From NCBI RefSeq assembly GCF_009914755.1, contig NC_060934.1: DNA of 64,000 nt. One strand, written 5' to 3'. Of this stretch, positions 40,872 through 52,800 are shown in pieces. The stretch's first letter is position 1. The number at the start of each line of letters is the position of its first letter. The translations under genes were made by a program, and so were the position numbers. The notes beneath the pieces were generated by a model that worked only from the letters and a program-made list of their open reading frames with translations, searched no databases and had not been told where the DNA came from. Source of the stretch: the human T2T-CHM13v2.0 reference genome, Homo sapiens.

Positions 40872-43800
40872 GAATTCTCAGTAACTTCTTTGTGTTGTGT
40901 GTATTCAACTCACCGAGTTGAACCTTTCTTTAGAGAGAGCAGAGTTGAAACACTCTTCTTGTGGAACTTGCTAGTGCAGATTTCAAACGCTTCGAAGACA
41001 GTGATAGAAAAGGATATATCTTTGTATTAAAACTAGACAAAATCATTCTCAGAAAACACTTTGTGATGTGTGTGTTCAACTCACAGAGTTTAACCTTTCT
41101 TTAATTGAGCAGTTTGGAAATACACTCTTTGTAAGTCTGCAGGTGGATAATTGGCCCTCTTTGAGCCCTTCGTTGGAAACGGGATTTCCTCATATAATGC
41201 TAGACAGAAGAATTCTCAGTAACTTCTTTGTGTTGTTTGTATTCAACTCACAGATTTGAACCTTCCTTTAGAGAGAGCAGATTTGAAACACTCTGTTTTT
41301 GGAATTTGCAAGTGCAGATTTCAAGCGCTTCTAGGCCTATGGCAGAAAAGGAAATATCTTCGTATAAAAACTACACAGAATCATTCTCAACAACTACTTT
41401 GTGATGTGTGCGTTCAACTCACACAGTTTAACCTTTCTTTTCTTAGAGCAGTTTGGAAACACTCTGTTTGTAAAGCCTGCAAGTGCTTTTTTGGACTTCA
41501 TTGAGGCCTTCGTTGGAAACGGGATTTCTTCATATTATGCTAGACAGAAGAATTCTCAGTCAGTTCTTTGTGTTGTGTGTATTCAAGTCACAGAGGTGAA
41601 CCTTCTTTTAGACAGAGCAGTTTTGAAAAATTCTTTCTGTGGAATTTGCAATTGGAGATTTTAAGCGATTTGAGGCTAATCTTTGAAATGGAAATATCTT
41701 CGTGTAAAAACTACACAGAATCATTCTCAGAAACTGCTTTGTTATCTGTGCGTTCAGTTCACAGAGTTTCACCTTTCTCTTCATAGAGCAGTTTGGAAAG
41801 ACTCTGTCTGTAAAGTCCGCAAGTGATTAGTTAGACCCCTTTGAGGCCTTCGTTGGAAGCGGGATTTCTCATTTACTGCTAGACAGAAGAATTCTCAGTA
41901 AATCCTTTGTGTTGTGTGTATTCAACTCACAGAGTGGAACCTTCCTTTATTCAGAGCAGTTTTGAAAAACACTTTTTGTGGAATTTGCAAGTGGAGATTT
42001 CAAGCGATTTGACGCCAATCTTAGACATGGAAATATCTTCATATTAAAAGTACACAGAGTCATTCGTAGAAACTAGTTTGTGATGTGTGCCTTCAACTCA
42101 CAGAGTTTAACCTTTCTTTTCATAGAGCAGTTTGGAAACACTCTGTTTGTAAAGTCTGCAAGTGGATATTTGGACCTCTTTGAGGCCTTCGTTGGAAACG
42201 GGATTTCTTCATACAACGCTAGACAGAAGAATTCTCAGTAACTTCTTTGTGTTGTGTGTATTCAACTCACAGAGTTGAACCTTTCTTTAGAGAGAGCAGA
42301 GTTGAAACACTCTGTTTTTGGAATTTGCAAGTGCAGATTTCAAGCGATTCTAGGCCTATGGCAGAAAAGGAAATATCTTCGTATAAAAACTACACAGAAT
42401 CATTCTCAACAACTACTTTGTGATGTGTGCGTTCAACTCACAAAGTTTAACCTTTCTTTTCATAGAGTAGTTTGGAAACACTCTGTTTGTAAAGCCTGCA
42501 AGTGCTTTTTTGGACTTCATTGAGGCCTTCGTTGGAAACGGGATTTCTTCATATAATGCTAGACAGAAGAATTCTCAGTCAGTTCTTTGTGTTGTGTGTG
42601 TTGAAGTCACAGAGGTGAAACTTCTTTTAGACAGAGCAGTTTTGAAAAATTCTTTCTGTGGAATTTGCAATTGGAGATTTTAAGCGATTTGAGGCTAATC
42701 TTTGAAATGGAAATATCTTCGTGTAAAAACTACACAGAATCATTCTCAGAAACTGCTTTGTTATCTGTGCGTTCAGTTCACAGAGTTTCACCTTTCTCTT
42801 CATAGAGCAGTTTGGAAAGACTCTGTCTGTAAAGTCTGCAAGTGATTAGTTAGACCCCTTTGAGGACTTCGTTGGAAGCGGGATTTCTCATTTACTGCTA
42901 GACAGAAGAATTCTCAGTAAATCCTTTGTGTTGTGTGTATTCAACTCACAGAGTGGAACCTTCCTTTATTCAGAGCAGTTTTGAAAAACACTTTTTGTGG
43001 AATTTGCAAGTGGAGATTTCAAGCGATTTGACGCCAATCTTAGACATGGAAATATCTTCATATTAAAAGTACACAGAGTCATTCGTAGAAACTAGTTTGT
43101 GATGTGTGCCTTCAACTCACAGAGTTTAACCTTTCTTTTCATAGAGCAGTTTGGAAACACTCTGTTTATAAAGTCTGCAAGTGAATATTTGGACCTCTTT
43201 GAGGCCTTCGTTGGAAACGGGATTTCTTCATACAACGCTAGACAGAAGAATTCTCAGTAACTTCTTTGTGTTGTGTGTATTCAACTCACAGAGTTGAACC
43301 TTTCTTTAGAGAGAGTAGAGTTGAAACACTCTGTTTTTGGAATTTGCAAGTGCAGATTTCATGCGATTCTAGGCCTATGGCAGAAAAGGAAATATCTTCG
43401 TATAAAAACTACACAGAATCATTCTCAGCAACTACTTTGTGATGTGTGCGTTCAACTCACAAAGTTTAACCTTTCTTTTCATAGAGAAGTTTGGAAACAC
43501 TCTGTTTGTAAAGCCTGCAAGTGCTTTTTTGGACTTCATTGAGGCCTTCGTTGGAAACGGGATTTCTTCATATAATGCTAGACAGAAGAATTCTCAGTAA
43601 ATCCTTTGTGTTGTGTTTATTCAACTCACAGAGTGGAACCTTCTTTTATTCAGAGCAGTTTTGAAACACTCTTTTTGTGGAATTTGCAAGTGGAGATTTC
43701 AAGCGATTTGACGCCAATCTTAGACATGGAAATATCTTCATATTAAAAGTACACAGAATCATTCGTAGAAACTAGTTTGTGATGTGTGCCTTCAACTCAC

Positions 43801-46303
43801 AGAGTTTAACCTTTCTTTTCATAGAGCAGTTCGGAAACACTCTATTTGTAAAGTCTGCAAGTGGATATTTGGACCTCTTTGAGGCCTTCGTTGGAAAAGG
43901 GATTTCTTCGTATAACGCTAGACAGAAGAATTCTCAGTAACTTCTTTGTGTTGGGTGTATTCAACTCACAGAGTTGAACCTTTCTTTAGAGAGAGCAGAG
44001 TTGAAACACTCTTTTTGTGGAATTTGCTAGTGCAGATTTCAAACGCTTCGAAGACAGTGATAGCAAAGGATATATCTTCGTATTAAAACTAGACAAAATC
44101 ATTCTCAGAAAACACTTTGTGATGTGTGTGTTCAACTCACAGAGTTTAACCTTTCTTTAATTGAGCAGTTTGGAAATACACTCTTTGTAAGTCTGCAGGT
44201 GGATAATTGGCCCTCTTTGAGCCCTTCGTTGGAAACGGGATTTCCTCATATAATGCTAGACAGAAGAATTCTCAGTAACTTCTTTGTGTTGTTTGTATTC
44301 AACTCACAGATTTGAACCTTCCTTTAGAGAGAGCAGATTTGAAACACTCTGTTTTTGGAATTTGCAAGTGCAGATTTCAAGCGCTTCTAGGCCTATGGCA
44401 GAAAAGGAAATATCTTCGTATAAAAACTACACAGAATCATTCTCAACAACTACTTTGTGATGTGTGCGTTCAACTCACAGAGTTTAACCTTTCTTTTCTT
44501 AGAGCAGTTTGGAAACACTCTGTTTGTAAAGCCTGCAAGTGCTTTTTTGGACTTCATTGAGGCCTTCGTTGGAAACGGGATTTCTTCATATAATGCTAGA
44601 CAGAAGAATTCTCAGTCAGTTCTTTGTGTTGTGTGTATTCAAGTCACAGAGGTGAACCTTCTTTTAGACAGAGCAGTTTTGAAAAATTCTTTCTGTGGAA
44701 TTTGCAATTGGAGATTTTAAGAGATTTGAGGCTAATCTTTGAAATGGAAATATCTTCGTGTAAAAACTACACAGAATCATTCTCAGAAACTGCTTTGTTA
44801 TCTGTGCGTTCAGTTCACAGAGTTTCACCTTTCTCTTCATAGAGCAGTTTGGAAAGACTCTGTCTGTAAAGTCTGCAAGTGATTAGTTAGACCCCTTTGA
44901 GGCCTTCGTTGGAAGCGGGATTTCTCATTTACTGCTAGACAGAAGAATTCTCAGTAAATCCTTTGTGTTGTGTGTATTCAACTCACAGAGTGGAACCTTC
45001 CTTTATTCAGAGCAGATTTGAAAAACACTTTTTGTGGAATTTGCAAGTGGAGATTTCAAGCGATTTGACGCCAATCTTAGACATGGAAATATCTTCATAT
45101 TAAAAGTACACAGAGTCATTCGTAGAAACTAGTTTGTGATGTGTGCCTTTAACTCACAGAGTTTAACCTTTCTTTTCATAGAGCAGTTTGGAAACACTCT
45201 GTTTGTAAAGTCTGCAAGTGGATATTTGGACCTCTTTGAGGCCTTCGTTGGAAACGGGATTTCTTCATACAACACTAGACAGAAGAATTCTCAGTAACTT
45301 CTTTGTGTTGTGTGTATTCAACTCACAGAGTTGAACCTTTCTTTAGAGAGAGCAGAGTTGAAACACTCTGTTTTTGGAATTTGCAAGTGTAGATTTCAAG
45401 CGATTCTAGGCCTATGGCAGAAAAGGAAATATCTTCGTATAAAAACTACACAGAATCATTCTCAACAACTACTTTGTGATGTGTGCGTTCAAGTCACAAA
45501 GTTTAACCTTTCTTTTCATAGAGAAGTTTGGAAACACTCTGTTTGTAAAGCCTGCAAGTGCTTTTTTGGACTTCATTGAGGCCTTCGTTGGAAACGGGAT
45601 TTCTTCATATAATGCTAGACAGAAGAATTCTCAGTAAATCCTTTGTGTTGTGTTTATTCAACTCACAGAGTGGAAACTTCTTTTATTCAGAGCAGTTTTG
45701 AAACACTCTTTTTGTGGAATTTGCAAGTGGAGATTTCAAGCGATTTGATGCCAATCTTAGACATGGAAATATCTTCATATTAAAAGTACACAGAATCATT
45801 CGTAGAAACTAGTTTGTGATGTGTGCCTTCAACTCACAGAGTTTAACCTTTCTATTCATAGAGCAGTTTGGAAACACTCTGTTTGTAAAGCCTGCAAGTG
45901 CTTTTTTGGACTTCATTGAGGCCTTCGTTGGAAACGGGATTTCTTCATATAATGCTAGACAGAAGAATTCTCAGTCACTTCTTTGTGTTGTGTGTATTCA
46001 AGTCACAGAGTTGAACCTTCCTTTAGACCGAGCAGTTTTGAAAAATTCTTTCTGTGGAGTTTGCAAGTGGAGATTTCAAGCGATTTGAGGCTAATCTTTG
46101 AAATGGAAATATCTTCGTGTAAAAACTACACAGAAGCATTCTCAGAAACTGCTTTGTCATCTGTGCGTTCAGTTCACAGAGTTTCACCTTTCTCTTCATA
46201 GAGCAGTTTGGAAAGACTCTGTCTTTAAAGTCTGCAAGTGATTAGTTAGACCCCTTTGAGGCCTTCGTTGGAAGCGGGATTTCTCATTTACTGCTAGACA
46301 GAA

Positions 46304-46814
46304 GAATTCTCAGTAAATCCTTTGTGTTGTGTGTATTCAACTCACAGAGTGGAACCTTCCTTTATTCAGAGCAGTTTTGAAAAACACTTTTTGTGGAATT
46401 TGCAAGTGGAGATTTCAAGCGATTTGACGCCAATCTTAGACATGGAAATATCTTCATATTAAAAGTACACAGAGTCATTCGTAGAAACTAGTTTGTGATG
46501 TGTGCCTTCAACTCACAGAGTTGAACCTTTCTTTAGAGAGAGTAGAGTTGAAACACTCTGTTTTTGGAATTTGCAAGTGCAGATTTCAAGCGATTCTAGG
46601 CCTATGGCAGAAAAGGAAATATCTTCGTATAAAAACTACACAGAATCATTCTCAACAACTACTTTGTGATGTGTGCGTTCAACTCACAAAGTTTAACCTT
46701 TCTTTTCATAGAGAAGTTTGGAAACACTCTGTTTGTAAACCCTGCAAGTGCTTTTTTGGACTTCATTGAGGCCTTCGTTGGAAACGGGATTTCTTCATAT
46801 AATGCTAGACAGAA
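46304..46814 (+). repeat. Three-monomer (511-bp) EcoRI unit containing an out-of-register hybrid monomer
   Basis: EcoRI sites at 46304 and 46815. The start of C monomer 2 (cattcgtagaaactagtttgtgatgtgtgcc) runs directly into A' monomer 1 (gaacctttctttagagagag). Confidence 0.92.
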
Positions 46815-49800
46815 GAATTCTCAGTAAATCCTTTGTGTTGTGTTTATTCAACTCACAGAGTGGAACCTTCTTTTATTCAGAGCAGTTTTGAAACACTCTT
46901 TTTGTGGAATTTGCAAGTGGAGATTTCAAGCGATTTGACGTCAATCTTAGACATGGAAATATCTTCATATTAAAAGTACACAGAATCATTCGTAGAAACT
47001 AGTTTGTGATGTGTGCCTTCAACTCACAGAGTTTAACCTTTCTTTTCATAGAGCAGTTCGGAAACACTCTATTTGTAAAGTCTGCAAGTGGATATTTGGA
47101 CCTCTTTGAGGCCTTCGTTGGAAAAGGGATTTCTTCGTATAACGCTAGACAGAAGAATTCTCAGTAACTTCTTTGTGTTGTGTGTATTCAACTCACAGAG
47201 TTGAACCTTTCTTTAGAGAGAGCAGAGTTGAAACACTCTTTTTGTGGAATTTGCTAGTGCAGATTTCAAACGCTTCGAAGACAGTGATAGCAAAGGATAT
47301 ATCTTCGTATTAAAACTAGACAAAATCATTCTCAGAAAACACTTTGTGATATGTGTGTTCAACTCACAGAGTTTAACCTTTCTTTAATCGAGCAGTTTGG
47401 AAATACACTCTTTGTAAGTCTGCAGGTGGATAATTGGCCCTCTTTGAGCCCTTCATTGGAAACGGGATTTCCTCATATAATGCTAGACAGAAGAATTCTC
47501 AGTAACTTCTTTGTGTTGTTTGTATTCAACACACAGATTTGAACCTTCCTTTAGAGAGAGCAGATTTGAAACACTCTGTTTTTGGAATTTGCAAGTGCAG
47601 ATTTCAAGCGCTTCTAGGCCTATGGCAGAAAAGGAAATATCTTCGTATAAAAACTACACAGAATCATTCTCAACAACTACTTTGTGATGTGTGCGTTCAA
47701 CTCACAAAGTTTAACCTTTGTTTTCATAGAGCAGTTTGGAAACACTCTGTTTGTAAAGCCTGCAATTCCTTTTTTGGACTTCATTGAGGCCTTCGTTGGA
47801 AACGGGATTTCTTCATATAATGCTAGACAGAAGAATTCTCAGTCACTTCTTTGTGTTGTGTGTATTCAAGTCACAGAGTTGAACCTTCCTTTAGACAGAG
47901 CAGTTTTGAAAAATTCTTTCTGTGGAGTTTGCAAGTGGAGATTTCAAGCGATTTGAGGCTAATCTTTGAAATGGAAATATCTTCGTGTAAAAACTACACA
48001 GAAGCATTCTCAGAAACTGCTTTGTCATCTGTGCGTTCAGTTCACAGAGTTTCACCTTTCTCTTCATAGAGCAGTTTGGAAAGACTCTGTCTGTAAAGTC
48101 TGCAAGTGATTAGTTAGACCCCTTTGAGGCCTTCGTTGGAAGCGGGATTTCTCATTTACTGCTAGACAGAAGAATTCTCAGTAAATCCTTTGTGTTGTGT
48201 GTATTCAACTCACAGAGTGGAACCTTCCTTTATTCAGAGCAGTTTTGAAAAACACTTTTTGTGGAATTTGCAAGTGGAGATTTCAAGCGATTTGACGCCA
48301 ATCTTAGACATGGAAATATCTTCATATTAAAAGTACACAGAGTCATTCGTAGAAACTAGTTTGTGATGTGTGCCTTCAACTCACAGAGTTTAACCTTTCT
48401 TTTCATAGAGCAGTTTGGAAACACTCTATTTGTAAAGTCTGCAAGTGGATATTTGGACCTCTTTGAGGCCTTCGTTGGAAACGGGATTTCTTCATATAAC
48501 GCTAGACAGAAGAATTCTCAGTAACTTCTTTGAGTTGTGTGTATTCAACTCACCGAGTTGAACCTTTCTTTAGAGAGAGCAGAGTTGAAACACTCTTCTT
48601 GTGGAATTTGCTAGTGCAGATTTCAAACGCTTCGAAGACAGTGATAGAAAAGGATATATCTTCGTATTAAAACTAGACAAAATCATTCTCAGAAAACACT
48701 TTGTGATGTGTGTGTTCAACTCACAGAGTTTAACCTTTCTTTAATTGAGCAGTTTGGAAATACACTCTTTGTAAGTCTGCAGGTGGATAATTGGCCCTCT
48801 TTGAGCCCTTCGTTGGAAACGGGATTTCCTCATATAATGCTAGACAGAAGAATTCTCAGTAACTTCTTTGTGTTGTTTGTATTCAACTCACAGATTTGAA
48901 CCTTCCTTTAGAGAGAGCAGATTTGAAACACTCTGTTTTTGGAATTTGCAAGTGCAGATTTCAAGCGCTTCTAGGCCTATGGCAGAAAAGGAAATATCTT
49001 CGTATAAAAACTACACAGAATCATTCTCAACAACTACTTTGTGATGTGTGCGTTCAACTCACAGAGTTTAAACTTTCTTTTCATAGAGCAGTTTGGAAAC
49101 ACTCTGTTTGTAAAGCCTGCAAGTGCTTTTTTGGACTTCATTGAGGCCTTCGTTGGAAACGGGATTTCTTCATATAATGCTAGACAGAAGAATTCTCAGT
49201 CACTTCTTTGTGTTGTGTGTATTCAAGTCACAGAGTTGAACCTTCCTTTAGAAAGAGCAGTTTTGAAAAATTCTTTCTGTGGAGTTTGCAAGTGGAGATT
49301 TCAAGCGATTTGAGGCTAATCTTTGAAATGGAAATATCTTCGTGTAAAAACTACACAGAATCATTCTCAGAAACTGCTTTGTCATCTGTGCGTTCAGTTC
49401 ACAGAGTTTCACCTTTCTCTTCATAGAGCAGTTTGGAAAGACTCTGTCTGTAAAGTCTGCAAGTGATTAGTTAGACCCCTTTGAGGCCTTCGTTGGAAGC
49501 GGGATTCCTCATTTACTGCTAGACAGAAGAATTCTCAGTAAATCCTTTGTGTTGTGTGTATTCAACTCACAGAGTGGAACCTTCCTTTATTCAGAGCAGT
49601 TTTGAAAAACACTTTTTGTGGAATTTGCAAGTGGAGATTTCAAGCGATTTGACGCCAATCTTAGACATGGAAATATCTTCATATTAAAAGTACACAGAGT
49701 CATTCGTAGAAACTAGTTTGTGATGTGTGCCTTCAACTCACAGAGTTTAACCTTTCTTTTCATAGAGCAGTTTGGAAACACTCTATTTGTAAAGTCTGCA

Positions 49801-52800
49801 AGTGGATATTTGGACCTCTTTGAGGCCTTCGTTGGAAATGGGATTTCTTCATACAACACTAGACAGAAGAATTCTCAGTAACTTCTTTGTGTTGTGTGTA
49901 TTCAACTCACAGAGTTGAACCTTTCTTTAGAGAGAGCAGAGTTGAAACACTCTGTTTTTGGAATTTGCAAGTGCAGATTTCAAGCGATTCTAGGCCTATG
50001 GCAGGAAAGGAAATATCTTCGTATAAAAACTACACAGAATCATTCTCAACAACTACTTTGTGATGTGTGCGTTCAACTCACAAAGTTTAACCTTTCTTTA
50101 CATAGAGCAGTTTGGAAACACGCTGTTTGTAAAGCCTGCAAGTGCTTTTTTGGACTTCATTGAGGCCTTCGTTGGAAACGGGATTTCTTCATATAATGCT
50201 AGACAGAAAAATTCTCAGTAAATCATTTGTGTTGCGTTTATTCAACTCACAGAGTGGAACCTTCCTTTATTCAGAGCAGTTTTGAAACACTCTTTTTGTG
50301 GAATTTGCAAGTGGAGATTTCAAGCGATTTGACGCCAATCTTAGACATGGAAATATCTTCATATTAAAAGTACACAGAATCATTCGTAGAAACTAGTTTG
50401 TGATGTGTGCCTTCAACTCACAGAGTTTAACCTTTCTTTTCATAGAGCAGTTCGGAAACACTCTATTTGTAAAGTCTGCAAGTGGATATTTGGACCTCTT
50501 TGAGGCCATCGTTGGAAAAGGGATTTCTTCATATAACGCTAGACAGAAGAATTTTCAGTAACTTCTTGTGTTGTGTGTATTCAACTCACAGAGTTCAACT
50601 TTTCTTTAGAGAGAGCAGAGTTGAAACACTCTTTTTGTGGAATTTGCTAGTGCAGATTTCAAACGCTTCGAAGACAGTGATAGCAAAGGATATACCTTCG
50701 TATTAAAACTAGACAAAATCATTCTCAGAAAACACTTTGTGATGTGTGTGTTCAACTCACAGAGTTTAACCTTTCTTTAATCGAGCAGTTTGGAAATACA
50801 CTCTTTGTAAGTCTGCAGGTGGATAATTGGCCCTCTTTGAGCCCTTCGTTGGAAACAGTATTTCCTCATATAATGCTAGACAGAAGAATTCTCAGTAACT
50901 TCTTTGTGTTGTTTGTATTCAACTCACAGATTTGAACCTTCCTTTAGAGAGAATAGATTTGAAACACTCTGTTTTTGGAATTTGCAAGTGCAGATTTCAA
51001 GCGATTCTAGGCCTATGGCAGAAAAGGAAATATCTTCGTATAAAAACTACACAGAATCATTCTCAACAACTACTTTGTGATGTGTGCGTTCAACTCACAG
51101 AGTTTAACCTTTCTTTTCATAGAGCAGTTTGGAAACACTCTGTTTGTAAAGCCTGCAAGTGCTTTTTTGGACTTCATTGAGGCCTTCGTTGGAAACGGGA
51201 TTTCTTCATATAATGCTAGACAGAAGAATTCTCAGTCACTTCTTTGTGTTGTGTGTATTCAAGTCACAGAGTTGAACCTTCTTTTAGACAGAGCAGTTTT
51301 GAAAAATTTTTTCTGTGGAATTTGCAAGTGGAGATTTCAAGCGATTTGAGGCTAATCTTTGAAATGGAAATATCTTCGTGTAAAAACTACACAGAATCAT
51401 TCTTAGAAACTGCTTTGTTATGTGTGCGTTCAGTTCACAGAGTTTCACCTTTCTCTTCATAGAGCAGTTTGGAAAGACTCTGTCTGTAAAGTCCGCAAGT
51501 GATTAGTTAGACCCCTTTGAGGCCTTCGTTGGAAGTGGGATTTCTCATTTACTGCTAGACAGAAGAATTCTCAGTAAATCCTTTGTGTTGTGTGTATTCA
51601 ACTCACAGAGTGGAACCTTCCTTTATTCAGAGCACTTTTGAAAAACACTTTTTGTGGAATTTGCAAGTGGAGATTTCAAGCGATTTGACGCCAATCTTAG
51701 ACATGGAAATATCTTCATATTAAAAGTACACAGAGTCATTCGTAAAAACTAGTTTGTGATGTGTGCCTTCAACTCACAGAGTTTAACCTTTCTTTTCATA
51801 GAGCAGTTTGGAAACACTCTATTTGTAAAGTCTGCAAGTGGATATTTGGACCTCTTTGAGGCCTTCGTTGGAAACGGGATTTCTTCATACAATGCTAGAC
51901 AGAAGAATTCTCAGTAACTTCTTTGTGTTGTTTGTATTCATCTCACAGAGTTGAACCTTTCTTTAGAGAGAGCAGAGTTGAAACACTCTGTTTTTGGAAT
52001 TTGCAAGTGCAGATTTCAAGCGATTCTAGGCCTATGGCAGAAAAGGAAATATCTTCGTATAAAAACTACACAGAATCATTCTCAACAACTACTTTGTGAT
52101 GTGTGCGTTGAACTCACAGAGTTTAACCTTTCTTTTCACAGAGCAGTTTGGAAACACTCTGTTTGTAAAGCCTGCAAGTGCTTTTTTGGACTTCATTGAG
52201 GCCTTCGTTGGAAACGGGATTTCTTCATATAATGCTAGACAGAAGAATTCTCAGTCACTTCTTTGTGTTGTGTGTATTCAAATCACAGAGTTGAACCTTC
52301 CTTTAGACAGAGCAGTTTTGAAAAATTCTTTCTGTGGAGTTTGCAAGTGGAGATTTCAAGCGATTTGAGGCTAATCTTTGAAATGGAAATATCTTCGTGT
52401 AAAAACTACACAGAATCATTCTCAGAAACTACTTTGTCATCTGTGCGTTCAGTTCACAGAGTTTCACCTTTCTCTTCATAGAGCAGTTTGGAAAGACTCT
52501 GTAAAGTCTGCAAGTGATTAGTTAGACCCCTTTGAGGCCTTCGTTGGAAGCGGGATTTCTCATTTACTGCTAGACAGAAGAATTCTCAGTAAATCCTTTG
52601 TGTTGCGTGTATTCAACTCACAGAGTGGAACCTTCCTTTATTCAGAGCAGTTTTGAAAAACAATTTTTGTGGAATTTGCAAGTGGAGATTTCAAGCGATT
52701 TGACGCCAATCTTAGACATGGAAATATCTTCATATTAAAAGTACACAGAGTCATTCGTAGAAACCAGTTTGTGATGTGTGCCTTCAACTCACAGAGTTTA

